Below, piece by piece: positions 28,358-38,290 of a stretch of 64,000 nt of DNA (positions within the stretch are counted from its first letter, which is position 1; each line of letters opens with the position of its first letter). This DNA is from an uncultured Gemmatimonadota bacterium (GTDB taxonomy: Bacteria > SM23-81 > DAOVCL01), in contig CAZVGK010000018.1 of assembly GCA_964626665.1 (NCBI GenBank), positions 1 to 64,000 of the forward strand, read 5' to 3'. Below the pieces are notes generated by a model, which worked only from the letters and a program-made list of their open reading frames with translations, searched no databases and was not told where the DNA came from. Position numbers and translations under genes: made by a program.

Positions 28358-30151
28358 ATGAACGGATACAAGAGAAACCGTCCGGGGGAAAACTTAAGGC
28401 CGTATGATGTGCACTACATCGAGAACCCCTCTCAGGAGGAGCTGCGCGAGATAGCCCTAAAGCATACCCCAGCAATTTACAAAACCGCCTATGACAATCT
28501 GAACAAGATCTGCCGCAACAAGGCCAGGATGGCCAAATACACCTATGTGATTGCACCAGAAAGCGATAGCTCCCTGTACTCCCACAATGTCATTGACGCC
28601 CAGGGGGCAAAGAGGCTCCTCGATCTGCAAAAGGAGTTCATCGAGAAAAGCGGCGAGATTATTATGATTGACGGTTACTACGGGCTGGAGCCCGGATATG
28701 CTGTCCCCCTCCAGTTGCTCTACACCAGGGAGATTGCCAATGTGGCGGGAATGCAGCAGGTGCTTACCTTCCCCCGCTCTATGGTGGAGACAAAAGATGA
28801 GCTGAAACAACCATTTCAGCCTCTCTTTAGGTTGGTAATGACCCCTGGGCTGGTGGCCTCAGATATGCCTGGAGAACAGGCCATCATCGTGGACCTGGAG
28901 AACTGGACGACCCATGTGATCAGGGCCGATTACTTTGGAGAAAGCAAGAAGGCCATCCTCAGAATGCTTAATGAGTATGTCTATCAAAAGGGAGGGCTTG
29001 TCCTCCATGCTGGGGCGAAGGTGGTGACCATTGGAGAGAGAAGGGTAACAATGGGGATAATGGGCCTCTCCGGAACTGGCAAGACCACCACCACATTCTC
29101 CAAGCAGGGGGAACTCACCCAGCCAGCCCAAGATGATATGATCTGTGTCTGGCCAAATGGTAAGGTGACGGTCACCGAAAATGGCTGTTTTGCCAAGACT
29201 TACGGCCTCACCGCGGAATCGGAGCCCACCATCTATGCCGGGACCATAGACCCTTCTGCCTGGGTGGAAAATGTCTATGCCAACCCTGATGGCACCTTTG
29301 ACTTCTTCAAGGAGCGGCTCACCCCGGAGGAGGTAAAAAGGCTAAGGGAGATACTCATCGAGACCGGGGCACCTGCCGAAAACGTCGATGCTTACATAAG
29401 AGGGAAAGTAGACATCGACGAAGTGGTAGACGAGTATAACATCCCCCAGGATGGATGGGACTTCTGTGTCTGGACCCAAAACGGAAGATCCATAATGCCA
29501 ATGAGAATCATCAAAAACGCTGCCGATCTGGGGAACATTCCCCCAATGGAGTATATGGGTATTCTCAACCGGGATGAGGGTAAGGACGCGGCCACCCCAG
29601 GCATTATCAGGTTTACCTCCCCTGAACAAGCAGCAGGCTACTTTATGCTTGGAGAAACCTCTAAAACCTCTGCCGCCGGAAAGGAGAGAGGAAAGACAAG
29701 ATCCCCCTTTACTCAACCCTTCTTCCCCCGCTCCTATGGGTTGCAGGCGGAGAGGTTCTCCGAACTGGTCAAAGTTCTTCCCGACCTCGAGGTATGGCTG
29801 ATGAACACCGGTTATGTGGGCGGCGATGCCAAGGATGAGAAGAAGGGTGAGGCCTTAAAGGTAAAGATACGGCACTCCTCTGCTATGTTGGAGGCGATGC
29901 TCTCCGAGAGGATTAGTTGGAAGAGGGACCCTGACTTCGGCTACGAAATCCCGGACACAGATGCCCCGGAGAACAGGGAGCTTATGGATAAGGTACCCAA
30001 GGAGATACTTAACCCTAAACTCTTCTATGAACAGAAGGGCCGCCTTACCGAGTACGCCCAATGGGTAAAGAAAATGAAAGATGAAAGGAAGAGGTTCCTC
30101 GAGAAGTATCAGGTAAACCCTCAGATCATCAAGGAGGTAGTAGGTCAATAG
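28358..30151 (+). CDS. pckA: Phosphoenolpyruvate carboxykinase (ATP-type, divergent)
   Basis: YFGESKK, LHAG, GLSGTGKTT P-loop, QDD, ENGCFAKT, NTGYVGG. Confidence 0.85.
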   Translation: MNGYKRNRPGENLRPYDVHYIENPSQEELREIALKHTPAIYKTAYDNLNKICRNKARMAKYTYVIAPESDSSLYSHNVIDAQGAKRLLDLQKEFIEKSGEIIMIDGYYGLEPGYAVPLQLLYTREIANVAGMQQVLTFPRSMVETKDELKQPFQPLFRLVMTPGLVASDMPGEQAIIVDLENWTTHVIRADYFGESKKAILRMLNEYVYQKGGLVLHAGAKVVTIGERRVTMGIMGLSGTGKTTTTFSKQGELTQPAQDDMICVWPNGKVTVTENGCFAKTYGLTAESEPTIYAGTIDPSAWVENVYANPDGTFDFFKERLTPEEVKRLREILIETGAPAENVDAYIRGKVDIDEVVDEYNIPQDGWDFCVWTQNGRSIMPMRIIKNAADLGNIPPMEYMGILNRDEGKDAATPGIIRFTSPEQAAGYFMLGETSKTSAAGKERGKTRSPFTQPFFPRSYGLQAERFSELVKVLPDLEVWLMNTGYVGGDAKDEKKGEALKVKIRHSSAMLEAMLSERISWKRDPDFGYEIPDTDAPENRELMDKVPKEILNPKLFYEQKGRLTEYAQWVKKMKDERKRFLEKYQVNPQIIKEVVGQ

Positions 30152-30210
30152 TAGAAGCCTGGGTGATGTCTCTGCCCATTTCTCCTCTCCAATAGAGGAG
30201 ATGAGCTTTA

Positions 30211-30245
30211 GGGGTGGGAAAATAAATTTCCCCGCCCCTTTTTTT
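30211..30245 (+). terminator. Rho-independent terminator after pckA
   Basis: GGGGTGGGAAA/TTTCCCCGCCCC stem followed by T7. Confidence 0.75.
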
Positions 30246-30344
30246 CTTCCCAAACCGAACAAGGACCATGGATTACAATGAAAAGGCCAGAGACGAAAAT
30301 TGGAAAGTGAGAAGATGGAAAAGGCAAAAACCGAAGACTTTGTT

Positions 30345-30672
30345 GAGGTGGCAGAATCCTGATTCTGCCACCAGTGCCGTCAGATGAGGGCATCTGACGG
30401 CTCAGGGTGAGTTTTCCTCTACCCGGTTTTAGCCCAAATGTTCTCCCACTCCGTAGGGATAGACCTTCAGGTCTGTCCGAAAGCGGGCAGGTCTAAAGAT
30501 CTGTCCCTACAAGGGGGCCTAAAGGCCCTTAACGCGCACTGAAGTGCGGTAGAACCACACCGAGGTGACAGAACCCTGATTCTGCCACCAACGCCGATAG
30601 GGGGTCTAATTATCAAAAAACTGGGCAGAGACCACAGCACGCACGGCAAAGCCACAGCCAAACAAAGCCCCA
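30345..30672. repeat. Hairpin-module cluster including a GTAG...CTAC REP doublet
   Basis: GGTGGCAGAA module (30347-30372), CCGTCAGATG..CATCTGACGG, REP doublet 30453-30510, CGCACTGAAGTGCG, GCAAAGCCACAGCCAAAC. Confidence 0.85.
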
Positions 30673-30684
30673 AATTTCAAGGAC

Positions 30685-30724
30685 AAAAAATAAGGCCCTC
30701 TCGATATTCATCAAGAGGGCCTTA
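30685..30724 (-). terminator. Rho-independent terminator for the DUF4382 gene
   Basis: TAAGGCCCTCT/AGAGGGCCTTA stem with A6 on the left (U-tract on the minus strand). Confidence 0.75.
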
Positions 30725-30745
30725 CCAAGGGAAAGGGGGCTATTT

Positions 30746-31546
30746 TCATCTCGCCGGGGTAAGCCGCAAAGTTATAGTCCCTAAATTCGTATCCTGCCCA
30801 GCAGAGACTTTGACCTCCGTCAGAGTGGTGTCCCCATACTGGCCCGCTGTCGGCTCAATATGAACATCATAATCGCCTGCAAGCAGGCCGATGAGGGAAA
30901 AACTCCCATCGGTGGGATTAGCATGGGCAGTTTGAACTGTATCCCCATCAGAAGTGGCTAAAATATAAGGGAACGCCTCTAAGGGGAGAACTGTCCCCAA
31001 AATTGTCCCGGAAATAACCAGGGGAACTACTCTGATCACCGGTTTGAGCAGGTAGTCATTACCGGTGAAGACAATTGACCTCTGCGCATCAAAGTCCAGT
31101 AGCAGCTCATACAATTCCCCTGCTCTTATCTCAAATTGATGATTGAGCTTTACCCCGGATTGCAGACCGCTGGGGATATGAAGTGGATAGCTCTCTCCAT
31201 CTATAACCACCTGGCAACTGTCTGTCAAAAGGAGCCTTATCTGGGTATAATGGCCAGGGGCAAGCCCAGATTCCCCTAAAAACGCAGTGACTCCATTGGT
31301 CAATTGCATGAGATCATAGGTGGCCAAGCTGTCATTTACTACCTTCCACCCCGTAGTGTCACCTCCGGTGGCGGTATGCACGCTCACTCTGGAAATGGTG
31401 AGGTTGACCTGCTCGATAGGGCCAACAGAATCTGTAAGATATAACCTGAGGACTCCATTTTCCTCCGGTGAGGTGGATTTCTTGGCACAACCTGTCCAAA
31501 GGATGAGTGGAATAAGTAGAGTCATCAGGTATGCTTTCTTCCTCAT
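30746..31546 (-). CDS. DUF4382-domain lipoprotein
   Basis: Lipobox WTGC; LYLTD, GHYTQIRL, IPSG.QSGVKL, LLDFDAQRSI, LKPVIR motifs. Confidence 0.85.
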   Translation of the reverse strand: MRKKAYLMTLLIPLILWTGCAKKSTSPEENGVLRLYLTDSVGPIEQVNLTISRVSVHTATGGDTTGWKVVNDSLATYDLMQLTNGVTAFLGESGLAPGHYTQIRLLLTDSCQVVIDGESYPLHIPSGLQSGVKLNHQFEIRAGELYELLLDFDAQRSIVFTGNDYLLKPVIRVVPLVISGTILGTVLPLEAFPYILATSDGDTVQTAHANPTDGSFSLIGLLAGDYDVHIEPTAGQYGDTTLTEVKVSAGQDTNLGTITLRLTPAR

Positions 31547-31583
31547 CAAACCCCCTTTCGGATAATTTTAGGACTACCTGCAG

Positions 31584-31888
31584 ACCACAGCTCAGCAAAG
31601 CCGCAACCAAACAAGGGCCACAGATTCACTGAATCTCTGGAACACGAATGACACAAATAGACGAATTTACACGAATATAAAACCGAGGTGGCAGAACCCC
31701 GATTCTGCCACCCTCCCATTGTTTTAAGTTCTTCTACTTGGCTTACCAGTTCCGTCTCGGGACGCGGGTAGCCCGTTCACTGGACTCAACCCCAAAAACC
31801 CGCACTAAAGTGCGATAGAAGTCTTCTACTTAAGGCAACCTGAAAAAACTTTGCCCAAAAAACAAGATCTTGCAAGATTGTATTACAG
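31584..31888. repeat. ~300-bp composite element with conserved ends (copy 1)
   Basis: Left end CACAGC..GCAAAGCCGCAACCA and right end AAAAAACAAGATCTTGCAAGATTGTATTACAG; shared with 62144-62442, right end also shared with 32632-32877. Confidence 0.75.
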
Positions 31889-31923
31889 ATTCCCATAGCG
31901 GTAGGTCTGGGAAATGTAGCAAA

Positions 31924-32490
31924 CTATCGCTTTTTTCTCCTGAAGGTAAACGGAATTGCTAAAACCGCCAATATCACCAGTCCCCAGAGCAGGGGAGATA
32001 CCCTTGCTCTCTGGGCTTTAACTTGAACCAAATGGGGAGTATCCTGGCTACCTGAGGAGGCGATCATCTGACCCCTTCTGTTTACTGCCTCAATATAATA
32101 CTCCAGACCCTTGGCGTCAACCATATATTTGGGGATGAAAGCCTCAAACCCTTCCTCTGGGTTTCCTTGCAGGGGTAAGGAGAAGTATGCCCCTCCGTCA
32201 CTCAGCCGATAGTGCAGGATGATTTCCATCCCCTGCTGGGGATTTTTCACTGTAACCCTTATGGGAAGAGGCCTGCCGCCTAAGGCTACCCTCACCGGTG
32301 AATGAAGAAGTAAAGTGGGAGGAACCTCGGGTATCTGACTCCTTTGACTCCGGGTAACAGTAGGAGGAGGTAGATGAAAGATCGGCTTTCCCGATCTGTC
32401 TTTGGTTACGGTCAGAGGGGCAAAAACCGAACTCCAAAGAAGAAGGGATAACGCTATGGCCCCAATGATAATACAAATTCTCTTTATCAT
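31924..32490 (-). CDS. Hypothetical exported protein with an Ig-like domain and C-terminal membrane anchor
   Basis: Signal peptide, LHYR...FEAFIP...LEYYIEA pattern, C-terminal TM plus RRKKR. Confidence 0.7.
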   Translation of the reverse strand: MIKRICIIIGAIALSLLLWSSVFAPLTVTKDRSGKPIFHLPPPTVTRSQRSQIPEVPPTLLLHSPVRVALGGRPLPIRVTVKNPQQGMEIILHYRLSDGGAYFSLPLQGNPEEGFEAFIPKYMVDAKGLEYYIEAVNRRGQMIASSGSQDTPHLVQVKAQRARVSPLLWGLVILAVLAIPFTFRRKKR

Positions 32491-32517
32491 TTCAACTCCT
32501 TTAGCTTAATGTGATAT

Positions 32518-32960
32518 AACTTCCCGCAGGTTCGAAACCTGCGGGAAGTTTACAATTGACTGTGCTGGTAGGGTTCCTGCCCTGACGGGAGAATTCATTT
32601 TGTGGATGCTAACATCCACAAAGAGCAAGAATTACACAGACCAAAAAATACTCAACGTTCAGGTCTTCTTCTACCCCCGCTAAAGCGGGGGGTAAGAGGG
32701 CTTTAGCCCATTTGGAGTGCTGTGACCGTGCCACAGCATACGTCAACGGGAGTTGACGCACTCCATACAGGGGCTTAAAGGCCCTGAACCCGCACTAAAG
32801 TGCGGTAGAAACCTTCTATTCAAGCCTACTTGAAAATCCCTGTCAAAAAAACAAGATCTTGCAAGATTGTAGTACAGAGAACTGACGGTTTTTCATTTTT
32901 AATTCTACATTCTCCATCTTACATTCGAAGCTTCGCCCAATTAAATTGGGCAAAGCTTCG
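32518..32960. repeat. Hairpin-module cluster, including a composite-element copy at 32632-32877
   Basis: 15-bp perfect stem 32518-32550; TTTGTGGATG/CATCCACAAA; CCCCCGCTAAAGCGGGGG; GCTGTG..CACAGC; CGTCAAC/GTTGACG; CCGCACTAAAGTGCGG; conserved right end at 32877. Confidence 0.85.
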
Positions 32961-34877
32961 TTATGTCTCCTCTTTCCATCCGATTCTTCTCTTTCCCTTC
33001 ACCTGGGGTAGATGGAGGCCAAAGTCTATCCCTCCACCGGTAAGCCTGGCATCATGGGTGAGGGTTAGGCTGTTGCCAAAGACCACCTGAGCCTCGTTCC
33101 TGGCTATTTCTGCCCCCATCACCAGGGCATTATCAGCGTAAAGGCCGGCCAGGGCATGATTGGTATACATACAGGCATATATCTGGCTTACCCGGTCAGC
33201 AGCTATATCACCGAAACTGGACACCCCCGGAGGCAGATTGGCAAAGTGGGCATCATCTAAGGGGACATCAAGCTTCAATTGGTTATACTCATATTCACCA
33301 TCATAATGGCCGTCCCCATCTACATCCTCTCCAGTACCAGGGATAATCGACCAACCTGGGGGGACAGTAGCCGTGCCCCCACTAATGGGCAGATCCCTCC
33401 ATTCCACTTCTCCGGTAGAGGTATTTCTGCATTGGACCGTCCACTCACCGTCATCCTCCTTCTCGCTGGCTCCATAGGGGTTGGCTGGATCATCCGGCCG
33501 GCCAAAGACGCCATCCATCCCTACATCCTCTTTGCCATTATTCCGGGGATCCTGTAACCAACTCATCGCATAAGAAAAATCGCTGTCCGTATAGTCGGCA
33601 ACAACGATGTTCTCCCTGGTGGCCAGACCAACGATGTCCTTGTCGGCATTGTCCTCCTTCCATGTATCCACCCTTGCTTGATATTCCTCCTGGGTTTCGT
33701 TTCCATAATCAAAGACTGGAGGAGAGGAAGGGGGATCTTCAAAGATCAGATCACCGGCAATATAGGTATTCCTCCCCGCATATATGGTTCCTTTTCCACT
33801 TATCGTTCCCTTGATGATCACATTGTTGGTGATCACCACCGGCCCCTCAATGAGAATGGGCCCATCGCTCTCCCCAGCTAAGACTATATTACCTGTCTCC
33901 CCGACTTCGTCCCCATAGACGCCAGTAAATAGGACCTCACCAGCGTCCAGGACACCATTGTTATTGGCATCAATCCCGATCTTACCTGCAGGATCACCGA
34001 ATTCCCCTCGAGCCAGCTTCTCATAGTAAGGGTTGAGTTCCTGCACATTCCCGTCGTTGTCCGCATCTCCGGCGTCATTCAGGTTAGGCATAGGGATGAG
34101 GGCCGGATCAGCTAAGCTCTTATCCACCCCTCCATAGCTATGCCTGTTAGCATCGTATTGAGCCATCCCATCGTAACCAGCTCCAGATGCCGGGAAGACA
34201 TACCCTCCAGCATAGACCCCACCGTCATCGAGAACAGCACCATCAAAGATGTTTCGCCGAGGACTACCGTTCACGGTCAGGTGACCGGCTAAAAGATCAT
34301 AATGGGAGTTTGCCCTGGTATTTCCATTTACCACCGCGTTGCCAGCTCCAAATCCGGACCACCAGCCGAAATGGTTCATAAAGTAGGAGTAGTCAAAAAC
34401 CCAGGAGGGGCGAATGCCGTATCTCACCTGGAAGGTGATCTTCCTCTCCTCTCCGGTCTGGGTCAACCTGCCGGTTGACTCAATTATCACATCCCTGGCC
34501 TCTATGAAGGGGGGAACCATACCAGGATCCTTTACATCCACAACTTTTACCGTGTATTCTCCCCCTCCACCCAAGGATACATCCTGATAGAGGATGCTGT
34601 CCTTCTGCGAGTCCAGCCAGCCAAAGAGGTTATTCATCGGTGATAGCTTCTCATCGAAGAACCCGCTCCAGAGGTAACTGCTCATTGCCCTTTCAATGCC
34701 TGCCTCAGCAAGATAAAAGGCGGAAACCTCCCTTTTTTGACTACCGGTGATGTCAATCTCTGTCCTAGAGGTCATCACCGCCGCTGTGCCCAAAAGAGCC
34801 AACATCACCACAATGGAGAGGACGACGATCAGGGCGACACCCCTCTCCTCACTAAGAAATTCTCCCATCCATCTCAT
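32961..34877 (-). CDS. PilX/GspK-like minor pilin with a large Asp/Gly-rich C-terminal domain
   Basis: RG|VALIVVL site, AFYLAEAGIERA PilX N-terminal motif, several DxDxDG-like motifs. Confidence 0.85.
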   Translation of the reverse strand: MRWMGEFLSEERGVALIVVLSIVVMLALLGTAAVMTSRTEIDITGSQKREVSAFYLAEAGIERAMSSYLWSGFFDEKLSPMNNLFGWLDSQKDSILYQDVSLGGGGEYTVKVVDVKDPGMVPPFIEARDVIIESTGRLTQTGEERKITFQVRYGIRPSWVFDYSYFMNHFGWWSGFGAGNAVVNGNTRANSHYDLLAGHLTVNGSPRRNIFDGAVLDDGGVYAGGYVFPASGAGYDGMAQYDANRHSYGGVDKSLADPALIPMPNLNDAGDADNDGNVQELNPYYEKLARGEFGDPAGKIGIDANNNGVLDAGEVLFTGVYGDEVGETGNIVLAGESDGPILIEGPVVITNNVIIKGTISGKGTIYAGRNTYIAGDLIFEDPPSSPPVFDYGNETQEEYQARVDTWKEDNADKDIVGLATRENIVVADYTDSDFSYAMSWLQDPRNNGKEDVGMDGVFGRPDDPANPYGASEKEDDGEWTVQCRNTSTGEVEWRDLPISGGTATVPPGWSIIPGTGEDVDGDGHYDGEYEYNQLKLDVPLDDAHFANLPPGVSSFGDIAADRVSQIYACMYTNHALAGLYADNALVMGAEIARNEAQVVFGNSLTLTHDARLTGGGIDFGLHLPQVKGKRRIGWKEET

Positions 34878-34907
34878 TTTCTGCCTCCAATGATAGTTTT
34901 TTGGGAT

Positions 34908-35058
34908 AACAGTTCACAGAGGTCAGGGGTCGGCTGTCAGGTATTCGTCAGTTGTCCATTGTCAGTTGTCACGATTTTTACTGATCCCTGAAAGCTGAGC
35001 CCTGTGAACTGTTTATGGATTTTTCCTGATCCCCGAAAACTGACCCCTGTGAACTGAT
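34908..35058. repeat. Heptamer-repeat inverted element between pilW and pilX
   Basis: CAGTTCACAGAGGTCAG...CTGACCCCTGTGAACTG arms; related sequence at ~61170-61275. Confidence 0.7.
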
Positions 35059-35059
35059 T

Positions 35060-35902
35060 TTACAGTCCCAGGTTCCTCACCTGGACCCGGGAGCTAAATA
35101 CCCTCCGCCTGTAATGGTCACTGGGATAGTCTGGATCTTGCCTCTCCGTCCTGGCCGTTACGCGCACCCCTACCGTCCTTATATCCTCTGGATTTGCCGG
35201 GGTAGAGGTTGTGCTGCCATCTGCTAGAGTATATACGAACTGTAAATCCTCTATATCCTCGGCATAGACCTGGGGGGTTAGACCATTCACCTGTCTCATC
35301 AGCTTGGGATGAGAGGGATCGGTGGTTTGGTCAATGTAGTATTTGTATTCCTCCAACTGGAGAACAAGGCTTCCTTGAGGATAGACCATAGATAGAGGTC
35401 CCAGGCCATGGATGAGCTCCTCCCAACCATGACCAGCATTGATGGAAATTTTCGTAATGTACAACCACTCCCCATAGGGATATAGGGTATCACTCTCCGG
35501 AACCATTATGTAAACCCAGGTGCTTCCCTGGAAACATTCTACTTCATTGAAGTGAAGGGGTTTGCTGGGGAGGGGCATATTCTTGCCCAGGGTGGCAAAA
35601 CAGTCCCGGGAGTTAAATCTGATGGCTATCGTATCCGGATTGGCGTCTTCTGCTACAATGGCCCCTATCGCCTGGGGGAGATCAACATACCCTGCCATCC
35701 TCATCTTATCTACCAGCTCGTCCATACTCACCCTGGCGTTCTGCTGCATATCGGCAATTTGATCCTGCACTATCCATTGCTTGTGCTGGTTGAGGTAAAA
35801 GGAGAAGGCTGCTGTGGTAATGAGCCCCATCATCACCAGGGAGATTAACAATTCGACAAGAGTAAAACCCTTTTGATTACCTATGGCTAATTTCATTTTC
35901 AT
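35060..35902 (-). CDS. PilW-like minor pilin
   Basis: KG|FTLVELLI, MQQNAR..MD....MRMAGY, IEDLQF.Y, C-terminal VRN. Confidence 0.88.
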   Translation of the reverse strand: MKMKLAIGNQKGFTLVELLISLVMMGLITTAAFSFYLNQHKQWIVQDQIADMQQNARVSMDELVDKMRMAGYVDLPQAIGAIVAEDANPDTIAIRFNSRDCFATLGKNMPLPSKPLHFNEVECFQGSTWVYIMVPESDTLYPYGEWLYITKISINAGHGWEELIHGLGPLSMVYPQGSLVLQLEEYKYYIDQTTDPSHPKLMRQVNGLTPQVYAEDIEDLQFVYTLADGSTTSTPANPEDIRTVGVRVTARTERQDPDYPSDHYRRRVFSSRVQVRNLGL

Positions 35903-35913
35903 CCCCCTCTCGG

Positions 35914-36279
35914 CTATTTTGCCCTCAGGGTAATCAATGTCACCAGATGATTATTCCCTCCTACATCCGTCCAGGAGGCCCGAAGGGTAATCTGGCTTAT
36001 CCCTATGGACGGGGTATCCTTCTGTATCGTCCATTGTCTCTGAACCGTGCCTACGGTATCCTGGCCGGAAGCCATCAGGTCATAATTGCTGTTCCTCAAT
36101 TGCTCGATTTTGTCCTGGGCTAAAAGGGCGGCATCGGTCATCCCCTCCCCAAAGCTATTTCCCTGAATCGCCGAGATGATCAGCGGAGCCAGGCCAAGCA
36201 CCCCAATGGACAAGATTATCATTGAGGCCATCACCTCAATTAGGGTAAAACCATTTTTATTGCCAATTTTTTGGGGCAT
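35914..36279 (-). CDS. PilV-like minor pilin
   Basis: NG|FTLIEVM...GVLGL, LAQDKIEQLR. Confidence 0.88.
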   Translation of the reverse strand: MPQKIGNKNGFTLIEVMASMIILSIGVLGLAPLIISAIQGNSFGEGMTDAALLAQDKIEQLRNSNYDLMASGQDTVGTVQRQWTIQKDTPSIGISQITLRASWTDVGGNNHLVTLITLRAK

Positions 36280-36310
36280 AATTAACCTTCCTTTTTAGCT
36301 TTACAATAAT

Positions 36311-36534
36311 TCACCACAGACAACCACAGAATAGCACAGAAAAACAGCAATCAGTTTACAGGGATCGGGAACCAGGAATAGCCAGCATGAACTTTATTCT
36401 TAATTCTCAATTCATAATTGCTTTTTCCCGTGTGGTTCCGTGAATTTCCGTAGTAAGCTTTGTAGTTTCGTGGTAAATCTATCTATTCGTGTAGATTCGT
36501 TTATTCGTGTCATTCGTGTTCCAGAGATTCCGTG
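36311..36534. repeat. 9-mer/7-mer repeat spacer; direct-repeat partner of 37054-37248
   Basis: Shared TCACCAC..GCACAGAAAAACAG..TCAGTTTACAGGGA..CCAGGAATA.CCAGCAT..ATCTATTCGTGTAGATTCG..GTGTCATTCGTGTTCCAG. Confidence 0.85.
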
Positions 36535-36554
36535 GTGAGTAGTTACATATTTTT

Positions 36555-37037
36555 TTATCTTATCAACTTCACCCGGCCTGTGCTGGGCAAGACATCTACG
36601 GCCAGAGAATCAGAACCCGATTGCGTTGTCAGAGATACATTTCCCCCATTGGAGCTTCCATTTGGCCGGAAGATAACTGCATTATTGGAGAAACCAATAC
36701 TCTGGTAATTGGTCGTCTTATAGAACCCCCAGGTGAAGACAGTCGAATCCTGACTCGAGCTATAAGCTTCATCTAAATCCAGATCCTTAAATAAAATAAA
36801 TCTCTGAGGAGAGGATGCATTATCAAAGCATAGACCGTAGAGCTTTCCCTCAGCCACAGCCTTCATCCTGGCCAGCCTCATCGTGGAGGCAATGCCCTTA
36901 GTATCGCTCTTCAATCTCATCCCAGGAAGGGTCTGAGCAAACCGAGGAACGGCTATAGAGGCCATTATCCCAATAATGACCACTACGGTCAACAGTTCAA
37001 TCAGGGTGGCGCCTTTTTCTTTTTTTGTCTTTTTCAT
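36555..37037 (-). CDS. FimT/GspH-like minor pilin
   Basis: KG|ATLIELL, LARMKAV, FRPNGS, TGRV C-terminus. Confidence 0.88.
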   Translation of the reverse strand: MKKTKKEKGATLIELLTVVVIIGIMASIAVPRFAQTLPGMRLKSDTKGIASTMRLARMKAVAEGKLYGLCFDNASSPQRFILFKDLDLDEAYSSSQDSTVFTWGFYKTTNYQSIGFSNNAVIFRPNGSSNGGNVSLTTQSGSDSLAVDVLPSTGRVKLIR

Positions 37038-37053
37038 AGTAAGTCACCATTGA

Positions 37054-37350
37054 TCACCACGGACTAACACGGAAGGGCACAGAAAAACAGAGATCAGTAA
37101 TCAGTTTACAGGGAGCGAGGCCCAGGAATAACCAGCATAAACTTCATTTTTAATTCTTAATTGCTTTTCTCCGTGAATTTCCGTGGTGAATTTATCTATT
37201 CGTGTAGATTCGCTTATCCGTGTCATTCGTGTTCCAGGGATTCCGTGAAATCTGTGGCCCTTGTTTGGTTGTGGCTTTGCCGCGCTGTGTCTATTAGTGT
37301 TCATCCGTGGTTTTATCGGTTCTGTGCAGTTCCGTGAGAGTCCGTGGTAA
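37054..37350. repeat. 9-mer/7-mer repeat spacer including an inverted GCAAAGCCACAACCAAAC module
   Basis: Direct repeat of 36311-36534, plus TTTGGTTGTGGCTTTGCCGCGCTGTG. Confidence 0.85.
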
Positions 37351-37371
37351 ATGGTTTTGTCTTTGCAAATA

Positions 37372-38154
37372 TCAAAAAAGACCCAGATAAAGGTTTATCA
37401 GCTCCTGACCGCAGAAGACGGCCAGAATCCCGCTCAGGGCAATATAGGGGCCAAAAGGTATCTGTCGCCGCTTAGATAGGGTTCCCTTAATAAGCTCCAC
37501 TGTCGTTCCGATAACCGCCCCTATGAGAAAGGAGAGGAAGAGAATCAAGAGGATCTGTTGCCAACCTAAAAAGACCCCGATCATTGCGGCCAGCTTCACA
37601 TCTCCTCCCCCCATTGCCGGCTTCTTAAATATAATTTTGCCAAAAATTCCTACCAGAAGCAGGATCCCACCCCCTAAAATGGCCCCCAGGAGGGAATCCT
37701 TCAGGCTTAGATGGGGAAGAAACAGGGGAAAAATCAATCCCAGGGCTATTCCTGGCAGGGTGATAAGATTGGGGATTATCCTCTTGTCTAAGTCAATGAA
37801 CCCAACTGTTATCAAGGAAGAGGTAAAGAGAATGTAAATCAGAGTGTGGGAGCTAATGCTGAAAAACCGGTAAATGGCAACAAAGAGGCAAGCGGTCAAA
37901 AGTTCCACCAGTGGATAACGGAAGGAAATCCTTCCGCCACAACTGCGGCATTTGCCTCTCAACAAGAGAAAGCTCAACATGGGTATGTTGTCAAACCACT
38001 TTATGGATGCACCACAAAGGGGACAATGGGAACCGGGATATACAATGGATTCCCCCCTGGGAAGCCTCCAGATACATACATTTAGAAAACTTCCGATGAT
38101 CAGTCCTAAAGGAAAGAAAATTATGTAAATTAAAGAACTAAACAATGCTGCCAC
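37372..38154 (-). CDS. pilD: Prepilin peptidase/N-methyltransferase (A24)
   Basis: GSFLNVCIWRLP, SHCPLC, GKCRSC, IDL, MGGGDVKL, IPFGPY. Confidence 0.95.
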   Translation of the reverse strand: MAALFSSLIYIIFFPLGLIIGSFLNVCIWRLPRGESIVYPGSHCPLCGASIKWFDNIPMLSFLLLRGKCRSCGGRISFRYPLVELLTACLFVAIYRFFSISSHTLIYILFTSSLITVGFIDLDKRIIPNLITLPGIALGLIFPLFLPHLSLKDSLLGAILGGGILLLVGIFGKIIFKKPAMGGGDVKLAAMIGVFLGWQQILLILFLSFLIGAVIGTTVELIKGTLSKRRQIPFGPYIALSGILAVFCGQELINLYLGLF

Positions 38155-38290
38155 CCCCTACATTATTGACTCATCAATTTTCAAATATAATCTGAAAAAA
38201 TCTCGGTAACCAGGATAAAATTTGTAAGATTTGATATAACTGCCCTTGCCAAACTTCGTTCGAGGCTAATGTTTATCCTTAATATATTCC

